A stretch of 64,000 nt of DNA from an uncultured Clostridia bacterium (GCA_947581925.1 CANPWB010000005.1:6128-70127), one strand, 5' to 3'; shown: positions 17,459 to 26,494, counted from the first letter of the stretch. Made by a program: numbers and translations. The notes: generated from the sequence alone by a model not told the origin.

Positions 17459-19210
17459 ATGGCTATGGAAATGAGAACACACAATTGCGGAGAGCTCCGC
17501 GAAAGCGACGTCGGCAAAAGAGTCAAACTTTGCGGCTGGCTGAGCAGCGTACGCGACCTCGGCGCGGTCATCTTTTTCGTGCTGAGAGACTACTACGGCT
17601 ATACGCAAGCCGTCGCTAGCGACGAGGCTTTGAAGGAGCAGATCCGCTCCATTCCGCGCGAAAGCACGATATCCGTCGAGGGCAAAGTCGCGCTGAGGAG
17701 CGCGCCAAACAAGGATATGCCTACGGGCATGATAGAGATCGAGCCCGAGAAGGTGGAGATACTCGGCAAGTGCTATGAGCAATTGCCCTTCGAGATCGCC
17801 GCGTCCACGCAGTCGAGAGAGGACACCCGCCTCAAATATCGTTTCCTCGACCTGCGCAATCCCGAGGTCAAAAACAAGATAATTTTCCGCTCGAAGGTGG
17901 TGAGCTATCTGAGGCAGAAGATGACGGAGCTCGGTTTCCTCGAGATAACGACGCCCATTCTGACGTCAAGCTCTCCCGAGGGCGCGAGGGACTACATCGT
18001 GCCGTCGAGGATATATCCGGGGCGTTTCTATGCGCTGCCGCAAGCCCCGCAGCAATACAAGCAGTTGCTGATGACGAGCGGATTTGACAGGTATTTCCAG
18101 ATCGCGCCCTGTTTCAGAGATGAGGACGCGCGCGCCGACAGGAGCCCAGGCGAGTTTTACCAGCTCGACTGCGAGATGTGTTTCGCGACCCAGGAGGACG
18201 TTTTTGCGGTCATGGAGCAAGTTTTGAGCGGCGTTTTCAAGGAGTTTTCTCCCGCGGGCTACAAAGTGGACGAGGGTCCCTTCCGCCGCATATCCTATCG
18301 CGACGCGATGAGGGATTACGGCTCCGACAAGCCCGACCTTCGCAACCCTCTGCTCATAAAGGACGTCACGGACATACTCGAGGGCAAAGCGCCTTTCTTT
18401 GAGAAGGGCAAGACGATAAAGGCGATAGCTGTGGACAACTTCACTCAAACGAGGAAGTGGATAGACTCCCTCGCGGAGCGCGTCAAGCAAAACGGCGCGT
18501 CGGGCATGTATTGGCTGCGCCTCGACGAAAAGGGAGAGCTTACGGGCGGCATAGCGAAATTCGCGGCGGACGTAAAGGACGCGCTCGTCGAGAGGCTGGG
18601 GCTTAAGGCGGGCAGCTTCGTAGCCTTTGTCGCGGAGGAAAAGGGCGTAGAAAAACAGGCGGGCTATTTGCGTACGGAGCTCGGCACGGGGCTGGACTTG
18701 CTTGAAAAGAACGCCTTCCGTTTCTGCTGGATAGTGGACTTCCCGATGTACGAGTACGACGACGACGGAGTGCTCGGATTCTGCCACAATCCCTTCTCCA
18801 TGCCGCAGGGCGGGCTGGAGGCTCTCAACACGCAGGATCCGCTGGACATTTTGGCGTATCAGTATGACAGCGTCGTCAACGGCGTGGAGCTGTCAAGCGG
18901 CGCAGTCAGAAACCACGAACCCGCGATAATGGAGCGCGCGTTTGAGATCGTCGGCTACGGCAAGGACGTGATAGAGCAAAAATTCTCCGCGCTGTACAAC
19001 GCGTTCAAATTCGGCGCGCCGCCGCACGCGGGCATAGCTCCCGGCGTGGACAGAATGGTCATGCTTTTGCTCGGAGAGCAGAATATCCGCGAGATCATCA
19101 CTTTCCCAATGGACAGAAACGCCCGAGACGTTTTGATGGGCGCCCCCTCGACGGTAACCGACAAACAATTAAAAGAGGTGCATATCAAATTAGACCTACC
19201 CAAGGAATGA
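17459..19210 (+). CDS. aspS: Aspartyl-tRNA synthetase (bacterial type)
   Basis: 583 aa with an OB fold, a GAD-type insertion, motif 2 FRDEDARADR and motif 3 GIAPGVDRMVMLL. Confidence 0.95.
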   Translation: MAMEMRTHNCGELRESDVGKRVKLCGWLSSVRDLGAVIFFVLRDYYGYTQAVASDEALKEQIRSIPRESTISVEGKVALRSAPNKDMPTGMIEIEPEKVEILGKCYEQLPFEIAASTQSREDTRLKYRFLDLRNPEVKNKIIFRSKVVSYLRQKMTELGFLEITTPILTSSSPEGARDYIVPSRIYPGRFYALPQAPQQYKQLLMTSGFDRYFQIAPCFRDEDARADRSPGEFYQLDCEMCFATQEDVFAVMEQVLSGVFKEFSPAGYKVDEGPFRRISYRDAMRDYGSDKPDLRNPLLIKDVTDILEGKAPFFEKGKTIKAIAVDNFTQTRKWIDSLAERVKQNGASGMYWLRLDEKGELTGGIAKFAADVKDALVERLGLKAGSFVAFVAEEKGVEKQAGYLRTELGTGLDLLEKNAFRFCWIVDFPMYEYDDDGVLGFCHNPFSMPQGGLEALNTQDPLDILAYQYDSVVNGVELSSGAVRNHEPAIMERAFEIVGYGKDVIEQKFSALYNAFKFGAPPHAGIAPGVDRMVMLLLGEQNIREIITFPMDRNARDVLMGAPSTVTDKQLKEVHIKLDLPKE

Positions 19211-19213
19211 GCG

Positions 19214-19321
19214 TTTCTGATGGACCTTTCCGGCGAGAGAGGTGTGATGGGCGCCCCCTCGACGGTGACAGAGAAGCAGCTTAAAGAAGTGCACATTAAA
19301 TTAGACTTACCAAAAGAATGA
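19214..19321 (+). pseudogene. Diverged in-frame tandem copy of the last 35 codons of aspS
   Basis: It starts one codon (GCG) after the aspS TGA, in the same frame, and encodes FLMDLSGERGVMGAPSTVTEKQLKEVHIKLDLPKE*. The genuine tail is FPMDRNARDVLMGAPSTVTDKQLKEVHIKLDLPKE*. Confidence 0.75.
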
Positions 19322-19428
19322 GCGTTTTCGCCAAAAAGGGCAAGCGCAAAACCTTGCAAAATGCGTCGTACAGCGTGAGTTTTGAAAAAAATTCACCCAT
19401 AAATAAGCGCAAATGCGGCAAGTTATGT

Positions 19429-19457
19429 TTGACAAGGCGCGAAATATAGTTTATAAA
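19429..19457 (+). promoter_or_regulatory. Promoter of the 19515 lipoprotein gene (TTGACA-17-TATAAA)
   Basis: -35 at 19429-19434, a 17-nt spacer, -10 at 19452-19457. Confidence 0.65.
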
Positions 19458-19514
19458 TATATAGCATAGACTTTTTGCACGCGTCCCCGCGACGTTTGCA
19501 AACAGGAGTTAAGT

Positions 19515-20963
19515 ATGAAGAAAAAAATTGCAATAATATCCGCGGTTTTGGCTTTGGTGCTCGCGCTTTCGTTGGCGCTTGTCGCCTGCAACGCGTACAA
19601 GTGGGACTCCATAGGCCCGGGCGAACCGAATGCAACAGTGGAATCCAACGGCGGCTATGCCGTGAAACAGGGCAAGTATCTCTACTATGTCAATGGTTTT
19701 GACGGCACGGACGCGGACAACACTTTCGGCACTCCCGTCAAGCAGGCGATCCTTCGCAGCGAAGTGACAGAGAAAGACGGCACGTTGACGGTGGACAAAA
19801 CCACGACAAAGGTCGTTGTGCCCAAGACCGTGCTGTATTCAAGCAGCGTCAAGGACGGCGGCATCGCGGTGTTCGGCGAGTGGATATACTACGCCACGCC
19901 CAACTACGACAAGGACAAGACGGGCACGGCGTCCACAACGGACATCGACTTTATGCGCACAAAGATAGACGGCTCCGTCACCCAGAAGATCGCAAAGATT
20001 AGCGGTCGCGACACGAGATATCTCTTCACCGAAAACAGGATACTTTATGTCAGCGGCACTTCCGTGAACTACATTGACTTTTCGGGCATGAAGACAAACA
20101 AATCCATAGACAACGGCAAGGGCGCAAAGAGCGGCACTCTCATAGAGAACTTCTCGGGCACCGTGCTTTGGAGCATGGATAGCGACCTCATATTTTATGT
20201 GAAGAGCGCGGATGAAAGCTACAAGCAATACAACAACCTCTGCGCCATCAAGAAGGACGGTTCCGTCAAAGATGAGCAGGTCCTCGCGAAGGAAGGTACC
20301 TTCCTCACGGGAGACGAGAAGCCCGAGGATAAAGTCCTCAAGGTGTTCAAATATACGCTTGTCAACTTGCTTGTCGAAAAGGATGCACAGGGCAATATCA
20401 AGGACTACACGCTGTACTACACAAAGACGCACCGCAACGGCGAGTCCGACACATCAGACGGGTTCTTCTGCGCTAAGGCGAGCGACATCAAGGGCACAGA
20501 GTATCGCATGACCACGCAAACAGTCTCTTCCGTATATCCTCTCGACTATGAGGAGGGCGCGCTGCTCACCATTTCAAGCAACGTCTACAAACTCGAAAAG
20601 GGATACGAGGGCAAACTTGAGGACAGGCTCATTGTCAGCGGATCTCCCACGATATGCTATGCGGACAAGGACGCAAAGAAGATCTATTATACCACCTCCT
20701 CCGTCACGGGGCTTGCCTCAATATCCTACGACCTCGAGCGTCTTGACAATCAAGCTATCATCTTCGGCGAGGGCATAAAGACGGATTGGCTCAACCTCGA
20801 CTTTATAGGCTCCAATCTCTTCTTCTTCGCGACGGACGACAGCAACTATGTCCACTACATCGACGTCAAGTCCCCCATCTACGGGCAGCTGGACAATGAA
20901 GGCGAACAAGAAAAGACCGAGTACGCCGGATTTGAAAGGGAAGAGGATGAGGACGCAGAGTAA
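19515..20963 (+). CDS. Lipoprotein, DUF5050-like beta-propeller
   Basis: Signal peptide plus lipobox (LSLALVAC). Recurrent blade-like motifs are present (KYLYYVNG, EWIYYATPN, RILYVSG, LIFYVKS, KIYYTTS, NYVHYID). The domain name is from memory of the family pattern, not a search. Confidence 0.6.
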   Translation: MKKKIAIISAVLALVLALSLALVACNAYKWDSIGPGEPNATVESNGGYAVKQGKYLYYVNGFDGTDADNTFGTPVKQAILRSEVTEKDGTLTVDKTTTKVVVPKTVLYSSSVKDGGIAVFGEWIYYATPNYDKDKTGTASTTDIDFMRTKIDGSVTQKIAKISGRDTRYLFTENRILYVSGTSVNYIDFSGMKTNKSIDNGKGAKSGTLIENFSGTVLWSMDSDLIFYVKSADESYKQYNNLCAIKKDGSVKDEQVLAKEGTFLTGDEKPEDKVLKVFKYTLVNLLVEKDAQGNIKDYTLYYTKTHRNGESDTSDGFFCAKASDIKGTEYRMTTQTVSSVYPLDYEEGALLTISSNVYKLEKGYEGKLEDRLIVSGSPTICYADKDAKKIYYTTSSVTGLASISYDLERLDNQAIIFGEGIKTDWLNLDFIGSNLFFFATDDSNYVHYIDVKSPIYGQLDNEGEQEKTEYAGFEREEDEDAE

Positions 20964-20981
20964 ACGAGATCACTCCTTTCG

Positions 20982-21006
20982 GGGCGGGGCTCTCCCGCCC
21001 TTTTGT
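20982..21006 (+). terminator. Intrinsic terminator
   Basis: GGGCGGG-gctct-CCCGCCC followed by TTTTGT, 19 nt after the stop. Confidence 0.8.
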
Positions 21007-21041
21007 ATACAAAAAATACGCGCATAAAGCGGGGCAAGGCC

Positions 21042-21767
21042 ATGACAAAGACGATTTTAATAACGGGAGGCAGCCGCGGCATAGGAGAGGCGGTAGTGCG
21101 CGCGGCGGCGGGCAAGTATAACGTCGCTTTCACCTATCTCAAAAGCGAGGACAGGGCAAAAGCTCTCGAGCGCGAACTCAGTGAAAAATTCGGCGGCGTT
21201 TTCGCCGTCAAGTGCGACGTAGCGGGCGAGCACAGCGTTCTCTCGGCAGTTACGGCAGTAAAAGCGCGTTTCAAACATATCGATATCCTCGTCAACAACG
21301 CGGGCGTCTCAAAAAGCGGCTTGCTCATCGACATGCTCCCTGAGGAGTGGCGCGCGCTTATGGCGGTCAACCTCGACGGAGTATATCTCATGACGCACGC
21401 CGTACTGCCCGATATGCTTGCTTTAAAACGTGGCGCAATAGTCAATGTCTCCTCCATTTGGGGCTTGCAGGGCGCAAGTTGCGAGGTAGCCTACTCCGCG
21501 AGCAAAGCCGCGCTCATCGGCTTTACAAAAGCCCTTGCAAAGGAAGTCGCGCCCATGGGAGTCACCGTAAACGCCGTCGCACCCGGCGCGATAGATACCG
21601 ATATGATGAAATGTTACACGGCTGAGGAGACCTCCGCACTCATCGCAGAGCATATCCCCCTCGGTCGCCTCGGCTCCCCCGCCGAAGTCGCCGCCGCGAT
21701 ACTCTTCCTCGCCGAGCATCCCTACATAACAGGTCAGACCCTCTCCATCGACGGCGGTATGTGTTGA
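21042..21767 (+). CDS. SDR-family oxidoreductase (FabG-like)
   Basis: TGGSRGIG Rossmann motif, NNAG and a YSASK catalytic motif. I prefer ATG 21042 over the track start at 21003. Confidence 0.85.
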   Translation: MTKTILITGGSRGIGEAVVRAAAGKYNVAFTYLKSEDRAKALERELSEKFGGVFAVKCDVAGEHSVLSAVTAVKARFKHIDILVNNAGVSKSGLLIDMLPEEWRALMAVNLDGVYLMTHAVLPDMLALKRGAIVNVSSIWGLQGASCEVAYSASKAALIGFTKALAKEVAPMGVTVNAVAPGAIDTDMMKCYTAEETSALIAEHIPLGRLGSPAEVAAAILFLAEHPYITGQTLSIDGGMC

Positions 21768-21780
21768 GGAATTTACTATG

Positions 21781-21978
21781 TGGGCTACGCGTCTAAACCC
21801 CGGGTGTGGCGTTGCCCCACACGCTCCTATGTGAGCTACTCGCCCACACCTCGGCAAGGGGTTTCACCCCCTGCACCCCAAGCTAAAAACGCGCGAACTA
21901 GTGACGAAAGTCACGACGTTCGCGCGTTTTTGATTGTGTGTATGGTATGAACTCCTGCGTGAGTGCTTGATATAAGCG
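21781..21978 (+). repeat. T module copy 4 (begins 13 nt after the SDR stop)
   Basis: ..GAGCTACTCGCCCACACCTCGGCAAGGGGTTTCACCCCCTGCACCCCAAGCTAAAAACGCGCGAAC-N19-GTTCGCGCGTTTTTGATT..AACTCCTGCGTGAGTGCTT. The stem is 21889-21898 with 21918-21927. Confidence 0.85.
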
Positions 21979-22078
21979 CTAGCCGTGTCTGAGCTTAACG
22001 CAACGCATGCCCGAGGGTTTTTACTATAAAACCGGGGGATTCCTCCCTATACCCCACAAAATCACTTCGTAATTTTAC

Positions 22079-22146
22079 GGGGACCCCATGTCGCTCGGCA
22101 TGACACCTAATACTACTGTCATCTTGAGCGAAGTCGAAAGATCCCC
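22079..22146. repeat. P element copy
   Basis: GGGGACCCCATGTCGCTCGGCATGACA - cctaatactac - TGTCATCTTGAGCGAAGTCGAAAGATCCCC. Confidence 0.85.
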
Positions 22147-22272
22147 CAGTCCGAGCGAATTAATGCCACCTCTGTCCTAGCTTACTTATATATGGACTTT
22201 GCTTTGTCCGAGCGAGTAAACGTACCCTCTGTCCGAGCGCCCCAATACCCGCCGTCCGCCTTGTCCAAGTGT

Positions 22273-22355
22273 CCCCGCGGAGCGAGCGTTTTTATGCTAA
22301 GTACGCAGTGAGGGAGTGTCTGTACCCCATAAAATTGCGTAGCGATTTTATGGGG
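22273..22355 (+). repeat. H-prime module copy
   Basis: CCCCGCGGAGCGAGCGTTTTTATGCTAAGTACGCAGTGAGGGAGTGTCTGTACCCCATAAAATTGCGTAGCGATTTTATGGGG. Confidence 0.85.
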
Positions 22356-22586
22356 ACCCCAAATATCCCTCAGACCGGCGTTATCATCGCTGCACGTAAC
22401 GAAGGGAGAGGTTGGGTTTTTCAATCCCTAGTCTGAGACACTAATGCTGGACGTACTTGAGTTCCGGCAACTTCTGTCCGATCTTCCTTATTCCCAACGT
22501 TTGCTGTGCTTGAGGGCATATGCGCTTTGCGTGTTGCAATATCGCATTATATAAAATTAAATAAAGTATTTTGGAAAGCGGCAATA

Positions 22587-22615
22587 TTGACAAGAATTAA
22601 GCATTAGGATATACT
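22587..22615 (+). promoter_or_regulatory. Promoter of the 22690 lipoprotein gene (TTGACA-17-TATACT)
   Basis: -35 at 22587-22592, a 17-nt spacer, -10 at 22610-22615. Confidence 0.65.
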
Positions 22616-22689
22616 GATAACATAAAAGACGCGCGCGTCGGGCGCTCGCGCAAGGCGGAGCGGGACGTATGCGTCAATGGAGGACTATT

Positions 22690-25044
22690 ATGAAAAAGTT
22701 TAATTGGCGGGCTATGCTTATCGTCGTGTTGGCGCTTGTCATGGTCTTTGCGCTTGTCGCTTGCGATCCGAAGGATGATAAGAGCAAAGACGACTCGAAC
22801 AAGGGCGGAGGCCCGACCGAGGCGGACGCATACAAATATTCTTCGGTCGATTATTTCAACGATCTGCTGGAGGTGACCGACGACATAGGAAATGAGAAGA
22901 TATCGGATGACAGCGTGTATCTCAGCGCGGATATCGGCATCAGAGTCGGCACAAGGAAATTCGAGAAAGTCAAAGGAGACATAATTACCGGCACGCAAAG
23001 ATACGAGCAGGTCATCGTAGGCTACAACACCGAGCAGAGCACGGAGTTCGGCTTAAAGCTTGAGGCAATTCTCGACAGGAAGAACGCGGACAGCAGAAAC
23101 ACCGTCATCAAGGGGACGCTGTATTCGGGCGATGTCGAGATAGCGGGTCTTTACTATGCGATCGCCGAGCCCGACAATTTCTACATCGACTTTGCGGGGC
23201 AGCACATCCTCTTCCCTCTGCACATCGCGTTTGAGCTGGGAGAAAAGACCTATTCCAACGACGACCTCGGGGCGACGCTGTATAAAAACATCTTTGGAAA
23301 AAGCTTTACGATCAATCAACACACGACGACTCTCTTGGAGGTTCTCAATACGATAGTCGGCGATATGGGCGAAGAGTGGAGCTTTGACGACCTCGTCAAC
23401 GGCATTTTGAATCTCCTCGGATTCGATCCTCAAGAACTCGTAAAGGCGTTGCAAGGTTTCAGCCCCGCTTTTGCGGACGGACTCGTAAACAATGGCAAAC
23501 TAAGCATCAAACGCGCTCTCAGCAATAAGGACATAAGCGAGCAATTGTTCAAAGCATATAAAAACGGCAACACATACAGCGTAACTTCCACCATGCTCGA
23601 AGATTTGATCGGCAGTAGTATAATACCTAAGGGCAGTAGGGCGGAAGCGCATTTCTACCTCAGCTATTTGAAGGAAGGGAACGCCATCAAGGATGGAGTC
23701 ACGATAAACCTTGACGTCGAGGATACGTCTTATGCCGTAGCGATGAACGGGAAACACCCCTTTGTGGCGATACAGATCAAGGATATGGAGTTCGGCGACT
23801 CCGCAAAACATCCTATAAATGTCAATAAGAGCGCATATAAGAAGGACGTTCAGCTAGAGGTCAAAAACACGCTCGACATAAGCGGAGTTACCCTCAACGG
23901 CGAGCCTCTCGACGGCCCGAACCACGACAAGAAATTTGAATTCGGCGCCGCCCTCAAGCTCGATTTCGAACAAAAAGATCTGTCCCAAAATGGTACGCAA
24001 GCAAACGTCTATGTTCAATATGACAACAAAAAGATAATCGACTTAAGCTATGTGAAAGGCAGGCTCGCATTCGTAGTGGACAAAAATGTCGCTTTATGCG
24101 GATTCAGCGCGGCGGACAAGGTGGTAGAGTTTTTGGGCGACGCAATATATAAGGGCGTCGGCGATACATTCTTCAAAGAGGACAAGACAAAACTCAACGA
24201 GTTTGCCGATATATTCTTTGAAGGCGGAGCGACAGGAGACCATAAACAAATCAGATCGGACTTTAAAGGCGCCGTGTGGACGCATATCGATCCGAATGAA
24301 ATGCTGGATACGGTTGTGCAAAAACTTGCCGACTTTATAAAGACAATGTTAGATGAGAGCAAGAAGGACAACACGCCGACATCCCCCAAATCGGGTGAGC
24401 AAGGCGATGCAACGCCTGCGATGAAGATTGTCCCCACAAGTCTGACTGATATATTGTATACTCTGTTTACCGGCGCAAAACCTGTTCTCGCGGACGGCAA
24501 AGTAGAATTCGAGATCGGCAACACTTTGCAACTCGTCACGAAAATCGTCAATAAGATGTTCGGTTTGCCCATCAAAGCCACAGATAAGACTCCCGCAGTG
24601 CCGGCATGGACGCTCAAAGGTTGCGAGGAACAGCTCAAAGATATGATCGTCTCCATGGTCGCGAGAAGCGCGAATCCCGAAGCAGAACAACTTGGCAAAG
24701 CGGAAATTGACGCCGCTGCGCAGTTGATCGACAACGCCATAAAGGAGATTTTTATAGCCGACGCACAAAGTAAGGCGCCCCTCGCGCTTGCGGGCGTTGA
24801 CTTTACGGATAAACCCGCAGAGTCGACCTATCTTGAATACCTGATCTCCGCGGTGCTCGACAACCTCGGCGCGAAAGGCTTTATCGATTTCACGAAAGGA
24901 GGCATCGACTGCACGTTGGAAGCCTCGTTTGCAGAAGTGACCATAACCTATAAGTCCGAGATGAAAGTCAACGGCAACCCCGCCGCGCAAAAGGATCTTG
25001 CCGAAGGCGTAGCAAGCGGCGCCACAGGCTGGTATGTCGATTGA
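22690..25044 (+). CDS. Large lipoprotein of unknown function (784 aa)
   Basis: ATG 22690 follows a GGAGG RBS. A signal peptide plus lipobox is present (VFALVAC|D). I recognised no domain in the remaining ~760 aa. Confidence 0.75.
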   Translation: MKKFNWRAMLIVVLALVMVFALVACDPKDDKSKDDSNKGGGPTEADAYKYSSVDYFNDLLEVTDDIGNEKISDDSVYLSADIGIRVGTRKFEKVKGDIITGTQRYEQVIVGYNTEQSTEFGLKLEAILDRKNADSRNTVIKGTLYSGDVEIAGLYYAIAEPDNFYIDFAGQHILFPLHIAFELGEKTYSNDDLGATLYKNIFGKSFTINQHTTTLLEVLNTIVGDMGEEWSFDDLVNGILNLLGFDPQELVKALQGFSPAFADGLVNNGKLSIKRALSNKDISEQLFKAYKNGNTYSVTSTMLEDLIGSSIIPKGSRAEAHFYLSYLKEGNAIKDGVTINLDVEDTSYAVAMNGKHPFVAIQIKDMEFGDSAKHPINVNKSAYKKDVQLEVKNTLDISGVTLNGEPLDGPNHDKKFEFGAALKLDFEQKDLSQNGTQANVYVQYDNKKIIDLSYVKGRLAFVVDKNVALCGFSAADKVVEFLGDAIYKGVGDTFFKEDKTKLNEFADIFFEGGATGDHKQIRSDFKGAVWTHIDPNEMLDTVVQKLADFIKTMLDESKKDNTPTSPKSGEQGDATPAMKIVPTSLTDILYTLFTGAKPVLADGKVEFEIGNTLQLVTKIVNKMFGLPIKATDKTPAVPAWTLKGCEEQLKDMIVSMVARSANPEAEQLGKAEIDAAAQLIDNAIKEIFIADAQSKAPLALAGVDFTDKPAESTYLEYLISAVLDNLGAKGFIDFTKGGIDCTLEASFAEVTITYKSEMKVNGNPAAQKDLAEGVASGATGWYVD

Positions 25045-25066
25045 CGTTTCTATGACTAATCAAGCG

Positions 25067-25098
25067 ATGTGCGGGACTTTTTGTCCCGCACATTTCTT
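25067..25098 (+). terminator. Intrinsic terminator
   Basis: ATGTGCGGGAC-ttttt-GTCCCGCACAT followed by TTCTT. Confidence 0.8.
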
Positions 25099-25162
25099 AT
25101 GTGGGCGCGCAGGTAAAATATAAATCTTGCGTATAGAGACGTGGTGTGATATAATAAACGTT

Positions 25163-26476
25163 ATGGAAATAAACAGTTTGTCAAAACAGACGGTCTCCCA
25201 GGAAGACGTTGCGGTGGCAATAGAGTTCGCGGCGGACTTCTCGCGAGAGTTGCAAAGATACAAGGGTCGCCTCACGGGCACGGCGCAGGAGACTGCATGT
25301 GCGCGCGCGATAAGGTCTCGGCTTGAGGAGGAGACGGATACGCCCGTGCGTATGGAGGCGTTCAAGGCGAAGCCCGCGTTGGGCAGAGGCTGTTTTTTCA
25401 TGCTCGGCATATGGTTTTTGCTGTCGTACACGCTGTATTACGTGTCGTTTGCGGGGGGCAGGCTTGCGGGCATACTGCTTACGCTTATCGCGCTTATCAA
25501 CTTTGCTGTGGGCAGCATAATAATACTGTTGCTGTTTTTGGGCAATAGAAAGCTGTCGGGCATATTGAGCGAGCAAGTCTCCTACAACGTCGTGGGCGAG
25601 TGCTGCAAAAACCGCGATCGCGACGTCAAAGAGCGCGTCATAGTCATAGCCGACAGTCACGACGCCGTACAGGGGAGCATGCTGCGCGACTATGGGCTGA
25701 TGAGGCGGCTTACAGTGCTGCTTTGTCCCATATCCGCGGCGGTGTTCGTGATATTTAGCATACTCAAGATGGCGATAGGCACGGAGGGCGCGGACGCGTC
25801 CGTCAAGATATCTGTATTTACAGTCGTACCCGCTGTGCTCGGCGTTATGGGCGTTGTGGCGACGCTGTTTCACTACTCTCCTTCCCCGCGGCACGCCAAG
25901 ATACCAAACGGGCTTGCCACATGCACCGCGATGGCGACATACGCCTATTTTGCGGAGCAGCCTCGGCTTGTGCCCGACGATGTGCGTATAGTGTACGCGT
26001 CCTTCGGCGGCGAAAATTCCGCGCACAGCGGCGCGGAGGCGTTCATAAAAGCGCACCCCGATTTCCGCGACGCGAGAATTATCTGTATAGGCGATATGAG
26101 CGGCGCGGAGCTCAAGATAGCGGAGTATGATCCCATTCGCAGGCTGACTTTTTCTACTGGGCTCACTTCTTCCGTGAGCGGCGTCGCGCATGAGCAAGGC
26201 GTAGAGATCACCACGATCCCGCACAGGACATTCGCGCAAAAGTTGTCCGCGTTGCACGGCTATCCCAGCACTGCGTTCGCGAAGCAAGGAGTGCAGAGCA
26301 CGACTCTCATGTCCCTCGGCGAATACGTGGACGACAAGATAGAAAGCAAGATGTTTAAGCTTGCCGTAGGCACAGTGTTCAAGCTGTTTGGCGATATCCC
26401 TGTGCAAAAGGAGGGCTCTGCGGCGGAGGATATCAAGGCGGAGCTGACCGAGATGCACACTATCTCGAGCAAGTGA
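25163..26476 (+). CDS. Membrane protein, degenerate paralogue of the 7795 M28 peptidase
   Basis: Same architecture as 7795-9105. ADSHD aligns with TGHTDT, PNGLATCTAMA with PGAMDNATGVA (Asp lost) and GGENSAHSGA with GAEESGLRGS (EE becomes EN). The start at ATG 25163 is tentative. Confidence 0.55.
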   Translation: MEINSLSKQTVSQEDVAVAIEFAADFSRELQRYKGRLTGTAQETACARAIRSRLEEETDTPVRMEAFKAKPALGRGCFFMLGIWFLLSYTLYYVSFAGGRLAGILLTLIALINFAVGSIIILLLFLGNRKLSGILSEQVSYNVVGECCKNRDRDVKERVIVIADSHDAVQGSMLRDYGLMRRLTVLLCPISAAVFVIFSILKMAIGTEGADASVKISVFTVVPAVLGVMGVVATLFHYSPSPRHAKIPNGLATCTAMATYAYFAEQPRLVPDDVRIVYASFGGENSAHSGAEAFIKAHPDFRDARIICIGDMSGAELKIAEYDPIRRLTFSTGLTSSVSGVAHEQGVEITTIPHRTFAQKLSALHGYPSTAFAKQGVQSTTLMSLGEYVDDKIESKMFKLAVGTVFKLFGDIPVQKEGSAAEDIKAELTEMHTISSK

Positions 26477-26494
26477 CGCAGGAGGCAGACAAAT

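Larger units (their letters stand above)
21775..22480. repeat. Intergenic repeat array D (composite element, colinear with array B)
   Basis: T (21781-21978), H (22052-22082) fused to P (22079-22146), CTCTGTCCGAGCG-type modules and H-prime (22273-22355). Confidence 0.85.

Noticed and set aside
19208-19210. Genome-wide TGA reassignment (code 4 or 25) as an explanation for the in-frame aspS tail copy.
   Set aside because: TGA ends other conserved proteins at their expected C-termini (asnA 17394-17396, prfB 54032-54034, the SDR at 21765-21767). The standard code therefore applies, and only local read-through remains conceivable.
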